Part shown: positions 1 through 10,500 of the stretch, piece after piece | How the letters are laid out: each line of letters opens with the position of its first letter | How positions within the stretch are numbered: the first letter of the stretch is position 1 | NCBI RefSeq assembly: GCF_001447785.1 | Contig: NW_015170912.1 | Location: 414,977-478,976 of the forward strand | Source of the DNA: Gekko japonicus | Taxonomy: Eukaryota | DNA: 64,000 bases | Direction: 5' to 3' | Made by a program: the position numbers and the translations under genes | The notes under the pieces: model-generated | Told to the model about the DNA's origin: nothing | The model's database searches: none | What the model saw: the letters and a program-made list of their open reading frames with translations, nothing else

Positions 1-521
1 CATTTGCTTGGGTTTAATTCCAGGAGGAAACATATAGTGAAGGAAAGAAATATATAAAAACCAGAGACTGATGGGCAGATGTACCCTTCTCAGTCTTGAA
101 TAAAACTTTGTTGGTCTTAAAGGAGCCACTTGGAATCGAACTTTGTTCTGCTGCTTCAGACCAACACAGCTACCCACCGGAATCTATGTCACAGGCTCGC
201 TGTTAAGATAAAACAAGAAAAGTTGAACCATGTCACAAAGGCAGAATAAAAATGTACCCATTACAGAGTGATGCTTCAGGACACCATGCTAATAATAATC
301 CCTTTCCCAAACACAGGACGTTGGGGGGGGGGGGGGGGGAGAAAGGTTATATGGATGAATATGAGATCTGTCATCCATTAAAATGATCCAGAGAGGCTTC
401 CTGATAATTTCCCCTCCTTTTATGGATGCTTAGCAGTGAGCATCCAGCAGCTCCGGGGAAACTCAAAGGGTTGCCCCAGGCATCTTGAGCGCCATATCGG
501 TCACTCCTTAAGGGCTGCATT

Positions 522-785
522 AGGAGGAGGAGATTGGATTTATACCCCGCCCTTCACTTGGAGTCTCAGAGCTGCTTCCCTTCCCCTCCCCACAACAGAC
601 ACCCTGTGAGGTGGGTGGGGCTGAGAGAACTCTGACACAAACTGCGCTTTTTCAAGGACAGCTGTGCCAGAGCTTGCGACTGACCCTAGGTCACATCAGC
701 AGGTGTGAGTGGAGGAGTGGGGAATCAAACCCGGTTCTCCCAGATTAGAGTCCGCACACTTAACCACTACACCAAACTGGCTCTC
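522..785 (-). mobile_element. Squam3-type tRNA-derived SINE
   Basis: tRNA-like head (TGGTGTAGTGGTTAAG...GGTTTGATTCCC on minus), CCTCACAGGGTG core, (TCC)n tail; several copies in window. Confidence 0.75.
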
Positions 786-1166
786 CCATTAATTCTACTT
801 CTACCATTGTTGCTCGGGGGGATTTTAGTTTGGACCTTACGACGGAGGTTCTTAGCACGCGGCGACAGGAAGGACGGCAGGAAGGAAGGGCCGGGCCTCT
901 GCTTGTGGATCCTGCCGGGCCCGGAGGAGGGGCTGTTGTGATGGCCCCCCGAGCCTCGCAGATGCCCGTCCCTTTTCCGCCAGCCAAAAGTCACACGGCG
1001 CCCGGCGGCGAAGGAGAGGAAGAGACGCTCCCTCTGCCTGACGGCCTGACACCTCCCTCGGCGCTAAAGAGAAGGCGGCAGAGGGAAGGGAAGGGGAGGG
1101 CCGACGTTCCCTTCCTCGTCCGTCCTCCCCAAGAAGGGCGGCGAGAGAAAAGGCTGCCTCACTTAC

Positions 1167-1320
1167 TACATCTGTCAGCGGCACACTGAGGAGAGGCGAG
1201 CCGGGCAGCTGCATGCTCCTCTGCCTCAGGCCAGGCCAAGGGAGCTTCCCTGCGCGCCCCTCAACCAACTGACGCGGCGCCTCTCGGCCTCTCTCTGCGG
1301 TGGTCTCTCTCCGCCTCAAA
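1167..1320 (-). other. UFSP2: Probable exon 1 of UFSP2; rest of the gene is upstream of the window; TSS approximate
   Basis: Strong donor (ATGTA|GTAAGT) in the CpG island, divergent from CFAP96; identity inferred only from the known head-to-head synteny, no recognisable UFSP2 peptide in the window. Confidence 0.5.
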
Positions 1321-1499
1321 CGAGAGGGAAGAGCCGGCTTAGGCGTTTGAACTACATTTCCCGTCGGGCACCTCACGCGTCGCGCAGTGCCGCGCTCTTC
1401 TCCGGGGCTGTACCAAATATTCACAGGCGAAGGGGGGGGCTTAGAAAGCCCCTCTTGGTTTAGCGTTTGGGCTTTTCCGAATCCAGGGCAACGACGTCA

Positions 1500-1631
1500 A
1501 CAAACACTCTCGCTGGCAAAGAGATGTTTCGCCAGAAGAAGAGCCTGGTGGTGACGTGGGCGGCGGCGGCGGCGGCTGCTACTGCAGCTTTGGGGGCACG
1601 TGCACTCGCTCTTGCTGGGGGAGAGAAAGGG
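1500..1631 (+). other. CFAP96: CFAP96 non-coding exon 1 (start approximate)
   Basis: Donor GG|GTGAGT at 1632 just downstream of the X-box/CRE; next exon acceptor ...TCTTTCTAG at 4443. Confidence 0.6.
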
Positions 1632-1789
1632 GTGAGTGGACTCTTCAGAGGCTCCAGTAAAGTAGGAGAATTGGGTAATCCCTTTTCCAGGTGATGCCTG
1701 TTTCCCAGTCCTGAAACTTGGTTCCAGACTCCGGCTCTGAAGTGTTCGACATGTATTTATTTTATATATTTATTTATATTTCACGACGT

Positions 1790-1970
1790 GGCTTATGACA
1801 TCATTCTTTGCTCCTCCGCTTTATCCTCACAACAACCCTGTGAGGTCGGCTAAACCAAGAGAGTGTTAATAGGCCAAGATCACCCAGAGAGCTTTTCTGA
1901 CGGAATGGGGATTCGAACCTTGATCCCACGGATCCTAGTCCAACACTCGAGCCACTATATCATGCTGCTG
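1790..1970 (-). mobile_element. Older Squam3/MIR-like SINE
   Basis: ACAACCCTGTGAGG core and B-box-like GGGATTCGAACC. Confidence 0.55.
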
Positions 1971-2104
1971 GATATATTCCATGCAACCATGATTCATGAA
2001 TTACTCAATTGCTGGAAGACTTCGTATACTTCTTTATAAGCATCAGCTTTAATCTCTTTATTATTCATATTTTGCTATTAATAGGCTTTTATGTGTGCAC
2101 AACC

Positions 2105-2535
2105 TGAAGGATTATTTAGGGTAGCAGAGTGCTCAAGGCTCATAACTCAACAGAGCCAATCTGGTTAGTCACACACGGAGCTTCTTTATCTTTGCAAAAC
2201 TAATAAGAGTCCTTTATTGTAAGGAACTCCATTCTAGACAGGACATAGTAGAGATAGGATTCTCCTAATCAAGTCTAACTAGCTAGGATGGATAGGGATG
2301 CAAGAAAGCATTCCAGCTCTCATGCTGCCAAGATGGAGAAGGGTGGCACAGTGTGGAGAGAAGGTGTCAGACTAGAAGGAAGATTCCCTGAGAGTAGCAA
2401 TCTACACATCAAAAGGATAGTATCAGAGAGTAAAGGGAAGGATAACAAAGCCCTGGCCTCTTCTCTCTGGCTCTCTTATAGACCCCTTCTGAAGTCTGAG
2501 ACTAAGAGACAGCACAAAGTCCTTCACTTCCAACA
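2105..2535 (-). mobile_element. Solo LTR
   Basis: TG...CA ends with 5-bp TSD CAACC (2100-2104 / 2536-2540); minus-strand TATA-like box (~2475) and AATAAA (2213-2218) in LTR order. Confidence 0.65.
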
Positions 2536-2699
2536 CAACCTACCTTCCCCCATTAGCATACGACTCTTGATATTAGTAGTCTCAAGTGTGTGTGTGCATA
2601 TTCTACATGACAGCGTAAGGTCAGCCTGCATGCTGCTAAAATGTACCAGTTGCCCTAAATTGTGGAAATACCTGCCCGTGGAAGGAGTGTTGGCCACGA

Positions 2700-2920
2700 G
2701 CATAGATTGCTCTGAAAGGGGGCTAGATAGTTTAATGGAGGAAGGTCCATCAGTGGCTACTAGCCGTGGTGACTGCCTCCATCGACAGAGGTAGCAAACC
2801 TCTGAATCCCGGTGCCTCTGTGCCTTGTTTGTTTGGGGAAATTGGTTGGCTGCTATGTGAAGCAGTATGCTGGGCTAGATGGACCAGTGGTCTGATCCAG
2901 CAGGTTATGTTCTTATGTTC
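2700..2920 (+). mobile_element. CR1 LINE 3' fragment
   Basis: CTAGATGGACCA...TGATCC 3'UTR motif and TTATGTTC tail. Confidence 0.65.
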
Positions 2921-2930
2921 TGTGTGTGAT

Positions 2931-4233
2931 ATAAGAACATAAGAGATGCCAATGTTGGATCAGGCCAAAGGCCCATCCCGTCCAACACTCTGTGTCACAC
3001 AGTGGCCAGAAATACCAGTGCCATCAGGAGGTCCATCAGTGGGGCCAGGACATTAGAAGCCCTCCCACTGTTGACCCCCCCCCCAAGCACCAAGATGACA
3101 GAGCATCACTTGCCCTAGAGTCCCTATCCTATACCTTGTGGCTAATAGCCACTGATGGACCTCTGCTCCTTATGCTTATCTAATTCCCTTTTGAAGCCGT
3201 CCATGCTTGTAGCCGCCACCACTTCCTGTGGCAGTGAATTCCAAGTGTTAATCACTCTTTGGGTGAAGAAGTACTTCCTTTTATCTGTTCTAACCCGACC
3301 GCTCAGCAATTTCATGGAGTGCCCACGAGTTCTTGTATTGTGAGAAAGGAAGAAAAGTACCTCTTTCTCTACCTGTTCTTTCCCATGCATAATCTTGTAA
3401 ACCTCAATCATGTCACCCCTCAGTCGTCTTTTCTCCAAGCTAAAGAGCCCTAAGCGCTTTAACCTTTCCTCATAGGGAAAGTGTTCCAACCCTTTTATCA
3501 TTTGAGTTGCCCTTTTCTGCACTTTTTCCAAAGCTATAATATCCTTTTTAAGGTGTGGTGACCAGAACTGCACACAGTATTCCAAATGAGGTCTCACCAT
3601 TGATTTATATAGGGGCATTATGATATTGGCTGATCTGTTTTCAATACCCTTCCTAATAATCCCCAGCATAGCATTGGCCTTCTTTATTGCAGTCACACAC
3701 TGTCTCGACATTTTCAGTGAGTTATCTACTACGACTCCAAGATCTCTCTCTTGATCAGTCTCTGCCAGTTCAGACCCCATCAATGTGTATTTATATTTTG
3801 GATTTTTGGCTCCAATGTGCATCACCTTGCACTTGGCCACATTGAACCCATTTGCCATGTTGACGCCCACTCGCCCAGCCTTGACAGATCCCTTTGGAGT
3901 GCCTCACAATCCTCACTGGTTTTCACAACCCTGAACAACTTCGTATCATCTGCAAATTTAGCCACTTCACTGCTTACTCCCAACTCCAAATCATTAATGA
4001 ACAAGTTAAAAAGCAATGGACCAAGTACTGATCCCTGCGGTACCCCACTGCTTACGTCCCTCCACTGAGAAAATTGCCCATTTATACTCACTCTCTATTT
4101 TCTATTAATTCACCAGTTTTTGATCCATAAAAGGACTTGTCCTTTTATCCCATGATTTTTGAGCTTACTTAGGAGCCTTTGATGAGGAACTTTATCAAAA
4201 GCTTTCTGGAAGTCAAGGTAAACAATATCTATT
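2931..4233 (-). mobile_element. 5'-truncated CR1 LINE (RT C-terminal half, one frameshift near 3850)
   Basis: GVPQGSVLGPLLF, FADDTKL, RPHLEYCVQFWSP, LEKRRLRGD; ATAAGAAC tail. Confidence 0.92.
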
Positions 4234-4500
4234 GTTGTTTTGTGTATGTGCACGTGCGCAGTTCATGCAGTAGCCATGTGGCTCTTTTGGTTGATGAGAA
4301 TTCCCAATGTGGCTCTCCAGATCAGTGATACAGACTTCAGCTATCCTGGTTAAATGGTTTATTTTGGAGTGATCATATGACTATTGTAGATTAAGTGGGC
4401 TGAAGACTGAAATCTGTATTTTGATTCTGATCCTTCTTTCTAGGGATCGTAACGCTTCTGCCCATTTGCTAGAGTGATAGGTTATCACACAACATCAGCC

Positions 4501-4597
4501 ATGCCTACGGAAGGGAAAACAGATATGGAGAGGATTGGCCTCTTTACTGAAATGGAATATATTACAATCGGGGATAAATATGTTTCACCCTTTAACC
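4501..4597 (+). CDS. CFAP96: CFAP96 coding exon 1 (exon begins 4444)
   Basis: GCC-ATG context; MPTEGKTDMERIGLFTEMEYITIGDKYVSPFN; donor GTACGT. Confidence 0.93.
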
Positions 4598-7500
4598 GTA
4601 CGTATATTTTCACTATTGTGCGATAGAGCTGGGGGGGGAGGTTGGTTTCTTGAAACAATTTGTAGAAAATGGTTAAAATATTTTAAACATTAAGCAACCA
4701 TATTTCAAATTATCCCATTTTCTGACTGGATAACTTTTTTTTAAAGATTGCTTCATGTATGATCCTTCACTGGCAAATAAACACGCAGAGGGTCAAGGTC
4801 AATACATGAACTCACAAAGTCATGCCAGTATGTTGGATCCTACTAGCTTTCCTGCTAGGAAATTGAGGAGGAGGGGTCTTGTTTTGACCAAGTGGTTAAG
4901 ACGCTGAACTGCAGGCTGTGGAAGATCGGTAGTTCAGCAGTTCGAGACCCGAGTGTGCCGCATGACGGAGTGAGCTCCCGTCTCTAGTTCCAGCTCCTGC
5001 CAACCTAGCAGTTCGAAAGCAAGAAATTGCAAGTAGATCAATAGGTACCACTTCGGTGAGAAGGTAACAGCGTTCCGTGCGCCTTGGTGTTTAGTCATGC
5101 CGGCCACATGACCACGGAAACGTCTTTGGACAGCGCTGGCTCTTCGGCTTTGAAACGGAGATGAGCACCGTGACCCTAGAGTCGAATTCGACTGGCTTTT
5201 GAGCAAGGGAACCTTTACCTTTACCTTTTAGCCTACAGTGGAGTCTTGTAACTGGGCAGCTTACCAGTGCATAGTTGCCCTAAGTCAAGAGTTTATCAAC
5301 TCATACACCAGAAACTCCAATAATATGGAACACCATTTCCCAGTTTTAATAGTCCCACAGGAGTTCAAGGCTGGAGCTTGGTGGATGAACTCATGTAGGT
5401 TCCTGCAATGTCCTTCTTTACGTGTAAGCTAGCTGATTACAAGCCGCGTTTCGCCAGAGGCTTCTTCACAAAGGTGGAACTCTAAGTCTTCTGCTCCAAA
5501 GGGAAAACTTTCACCGACATATTATTTCCTTACACAAAGTTGCTGCCCATCACAAGTCAAAGTGTCGGTGAAAGTTTTCCCTTTGGAGCAGAAGACTTAG
5601 AGTTCCACCTTTGTGAAGAAGCCTTGTGCCTTGCTACATTTAATTCCATTATCTTTGTATTACATTGGACTGTGTCCTCTTTATTATATCCTTATTACAT
5701 TTTGATACAATGGTTTAAGACTTATGGTTGTTTATTGTTGAGCACAGGTTATTTCCTTTGTTTTGCATACTTCTTCTGTGCTGCTCTTTGGTTTTGTTTC
5801 TAAATCAAGTGTTGTCAGATACCTCCAAAAGGAACATCTGTAACAGATGTTCATGGAACCCACTTGAACAAAAGCCACGCAGAACAAGGGCTGCAGTGAG
5901 GAGGGGAAGTGGGCAAAATCAAGCAGGGAAGTTGGTAGGATAATCCAACATTATCGGGACATTTTGCTGGTATTGAAGCATGGGTTGATGCCACAGGGCT
6001 GTCCATGGCCTTCGATGCCTGATGCACCAGAGATTTGCATGCATAGAAGGCTGGGAGAAGTGGAATAATGGGGCTAGGATTGGCTCAGTACACCATCACA
6101 CTAGGCCAGCTACACTAGTGCAACCTGTGAGCCTGATACATTGCCATGGGATTGTGATTGGCAGGCCGAATGGGCTTATATCATTTGCTACATGAAAGGT
6201 GCCACTATAGCTCTGCACCATTGCTGTGCTCCCTAGAGTCTTGGTGAGCAAGTCCCTTTCCCTCTGGTGGCTTTTCTTGCAGAAGTACCTGGGTTGAAGG
6301 CAATTCCAGCCTAAGTCATTACGACAAACATGTTGGATAAATCAGCAGTAGCCTTCAACTGAGCCCAGGTTCTCTTAGTAGATACTTTGCCTGTTCTGCC
6401 ACTTCTCCAGCAATTCCTCCCAAGTCCATTTTGACCCACATGTTGTGTGAAGCAGCTGATGCATTTTGGGTTGCATCAAGCAAATTATTCTGAATCATTA
6501 TCCGGATTCTTGGTCCAAGGACTTTTGAACTACATGCCCTTTGGGGTGGTGGTGGTGGTGGTAAAGAGCTTCTGGTGCTGTTAAAGACTATTCCTGGCAT
6601 CTGTTTCCTGGAAACACTAAAAGGAGAACCCAGAAGCCGAAGCCGTGTAATACCTTCTATTAGGGCCAATCAAAATGACACGAAACAGTGTGCAAGAATT
6701 TCTGGAGAACTTGGAAGCTCGCACGCTCTTTTGGTTCCTTTTGGTTGGTCCTAATGAAACTACATGTCTTTGTAAGGGGGTTTTGCTTTGGAACTACCGC
6801 GACTTCTTAGTACCCCAAGGAGAAGTGGACCAAATGCCTTGAACTCAAACTTTTGCATACCAGTGCTGTGCCTCCTTTGGCACAAAAAGTAATTTTTTCC
6901 CCATCTGCCATGCTATGTGCTTTCCTTTGTGGCCTTCCCAGCAGCTGAGCAGCAGCAGGAAGTGTCCTTAAGTTTCCGTCAGCATGGGGTGAGGGTCTGA
7001 AAGCAAGAAGTGGGGAAGTAGAGATATGCAAATCCATAATGATAAGCAAAAGCCAGGTGGGCCCCTTGGGCCGCGAGTGACAGCACCTACTCATTTTCAA
7101 GGCCCCTTTAACGAAGCTGCAAGCAAGAACAGGCAGATGCTGCCAGGGGGTAACAAACAGATGTCCGCTCTCCAGGCGGGTTACTTTGACCCTGTGTACG
7201 GAAGGATTTTTGAAGGCGAAAGTTATTCAAACCCCGTTCAGCTGCGGAGAAGATATCGCATCGCAGAGTCCAAGAAAAACTTGAGCAAACCTTTCCTTCC
7301 CAGTAATGGAGAGAAGATGCCGTAAGTTCAGGGGGAGAAGGTGTGAACGTTGCGTTTGGTACCGATGTTGCCATAAAAAGCTGGCCAAGAGGGCTTTTAA
7401 AAATTTCCCGCTGAATTAAGCTTTATTTGTTCCCGATCTTTATAGAAAGCCTCTGATGCCACTGCCACCCTGCACACCCAACTCCAAAGCATCCCCTTCT

Positions 7501-10500
7501 CTGAGAGGGGAATGCTCAGCTGTTATAAACGCAGAGGTCATTTCGGGGGGGAACGCGGGGGAACACAGTTCCCCCGGGTGAGGTGCAGGGGGTGGGGCAC
7601 ATGACGAAGCCCCGCCCCCTGCTTCCGGCCGCCCCGCTTCCAGCCCTCATTCAGCCAGGAGGAGGCAGGAGAAGAGGGAGGGTAAGTTGCTTCCTCCCCG
7701 CCTCTCCCCACCTCTGCCTGCCTGGGGCCAGGGAGGGCCTTGGCGGGGCTTCCTCGCACTTCTGCTGGCCTTGCAGGTCCACCGCCGGGCCCCTGATGTC
7801 AGGGGGTGTGGCATATGCTAATGAGTTATGCTAATGAGTTCCCCTAGCTCTTTTTCTACGAAATGACCCCTGTATAAACGGAAGATCCCAATGGATGCAT
7901 GGAGCATTTCTCTCTCATAAAGGTCGTGTGCATGGGGCTCTGGATCACGGGGGGAAAGTCTATGCGACTGTGTTCAGCGTACTGAAACGTGGATCTTCCT
8001 ATGTAATATTTGTGTCATTTATTGTGTCACGTCAAGACTTGTGCTTTTCTTCAGTTCTGTTTTTAGATTTCTGGTTGGTTCTACGGCCCTAATCCTATTG
8101 TATTGTTTATTGAATACCCTATCCTGTTGATTGTCTCGACTCACTCTGTGTAACCTGCCTTGTCCAAGTGAGAAAGGCAGACTATAAATGGTGTAAATAA
8201 AGGAAATAAGAAATATTTTGATGAGAGCAGAGGTGGGGAGTCCTGCAAGAAAGTAGGTCTCTGCTTTCCTACGCCCACGTATTTCTTACGCCCAGGGATC
8301 ATTTCCTGCGGGAGCGCACAGGAGCGGAGCTCCAGCAGTAAGGAACCCAGGGGGCGGGCACATGCAACAAGCCCCGCCCCCTGCTCCCAGCAGCCCTCAG
8401 TCGGGCTACTAGGAGCAAGAAGCAGCCAGTTAAGTTGCAGAGCCCCCCCCCCCGGCCCACCTTCAGGTACAAGCTCTCCCTCCTCTGTGAGGGCAGATCT
8501 GTGCATCCCCCTCCCCATAGCTAGCAATCCAAAACAGTCCAGTGGCACCTTTAAGGCCAAGGTTTATTCAGGCACAAGCTCTCCCTCCTCTGTGAGGACA
8601 GACCTGCACGTCCCCCCCCCAATAGCTAGCAATCCAAAACAGTCCAGTGGAGCCTGAGTGGTGGGTGTTGCCTTCTGACACACTTCTGGTGATGTCAGGG
8701 GGTGTGGCATACGCAAATGTTATGCTAATGAGTTACGCTAATGAGCTCCTGCACCTCTTTTTCTACGAAATGACTCCTGCTTACGCCTGAGAGCAAATTA
8801 GTATATGACCACTTTCTTTTCTGCTAGGAGAAGTAACCACAAAGTGACTTTTTTTCCCTGGCTGCTTGTTCTCACACACACTCACCACATACCCGATTCT
8901 ATGGGGAAATTTGGACAGCGTACCAAGAAATACAGCGCTATTTTTCTGTGGTTGCATTTCTTATGGTTGAATCTCGATTTTGCCACGTCTTAAGGCATTT
9001 ATGAGAAGGAGACACAGAAGAATATTAGAAAAGTGTTACTAGACACTTCTTGATCAAATAGACTAACGAAATATATTCTTAAGAATTTCAAGACACAACT
9101 GTGCTGCTTCCACCCTCCCAGAGAAACCTCTGATTTTTTCACCCTAGTACTCCTTCCCCATAAGCATCTCCAGTTCTCAGCAGTTCTCCTTTACTGCCTC
9201 AACCAGGGTTGGTTCAGCAGCTAAGCCAACTGCTTGGGGCAGCAGAATCAGGGAGGCTCTGATGGACTGCAGGGGGATGGCTGCTTTCCGGCCACGAGCT
9301 GCACACCAGGTGACTGGTATCAGCTCCTGGGTACAGGCTACTGCCAGCCAGGTTCAAGCCAAGTGTTGCCGCAGGGACTTGGCTTGGACCCCTTCTGGTG
9401 GTGGCCTGGGCCGAGGAGGAAATGTGTGTATGTCTTGCTGGGAGGAACCAAACCCCTTGAACCGGTCTGGCCTCAACTGTCCCTTCGTACCCCAAATGCA
9501 CACGCCTAACCTTGGTAACGTCCTTCCTAGACTATGAACTTGAGCAAAAGCATCTTTTGGTATCTTGAAGACCATTCTTGAAGACCAGCTTGGTGTAGTG
9601 GTTAAGTGCGCTGACTCTAATCTGGGAGAACTGGGTTTGATTCCCCACTCCTCCACTTGGACCTGCTGGATGACCTTGGGCAAGCCATAGTTCTGGCACA
9701 GCTGTTCTTGAAAAAAAGAGCAGTTTCTGTCAAGAGCTCTCTCAGCCCCACCTACCTCACAGGGTGTCTATTGTGGGGAGGGGAAGGGAAAGGCTTTTGT
9801 AAGCCGCTCTGAGACTCCTGTGGGTAATGAAGGGTGGGGTATAAATCCAATATCCTCTTCCTCCTCCTCCTTTTTCTCTGGGATCTCCTCATCCAGTAGT
9901 GAGGGAATATAGGTGAAGGAAGGACAAATCTTTCTACTCTACTAGCACACATACCGCTACAGCACACATACCCTCCCAAACCAAGATTCTCATTTTAAAT
10001 ATGTTTCTCACACCTTTTTAAAATTCCTCATTTATATCTGTTTGCATACCCATAACAAAGGATGTTTCCATTTGGGTGGATATAATCCAGGGCCGTAGCT
10101 AGCACAGGATGCACGGGGCAATGCCCCCTCCCAATTTCCCAATGACAGGGGCAGGTGGGACGGAGGCTGACCAGCTGGCTGCTGCCGGGCTCCTCTCTGC
10201 CCCCGAAGCTCGCCACACCTTGTCGGGTGGAGGAGAGAAGGGAAGAGGTGGGGTAGCACTCCAGCTCGCCACCCCCCAAGTGAGGCCACTGAGGACTAGC
10301 CCCATGGAGGGGCGGATCAGGGCCAGCTTCTTTTCCCGGAGCATGGAACAGGGAGGGCCCCGAGCACATCTGTCCTTCACCACCACAGCTCTTCCATTCT
10401 GGCCAACTGGCTGCTGGCAAAGCAAGGGTGTGGGGAGGCTGGTGGGACGGGATGGGGGACACACTTTTCTGGCCTCCGTGGCCAGTCTTTTCTCCTTCGG

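Larger units (their letters stand above)
830..1700. promoter_or_regulatory. CpG-island bidirectional promoter shared by UFSP2 (-) and CFAP96 (+)
   Basis: GC/CpG-rich; ZNF143/SBS-type motif ACTACATTTCCC at 1351-1362; X-box-like GAATCCAGGGCAAC at 1479-1492 followed by GACGTCA at 1493-1499; divergent donors (minus GTAAGT at 1166-1161, plus GTGAGT at 1632-1637). Confidence 0.8.

Noticed and set aside
852-1424. 190-aa and other overlapping ORFs in the first CpG island
   Set aside because: Expected from high GC content; no recognisable protein, and not UFSP2 sequence
2288-2794. 168-aa plus-strand ORF
   Set aside because: Runs across the solo LTR and CR1 remnant boundaries; no coherent protein features
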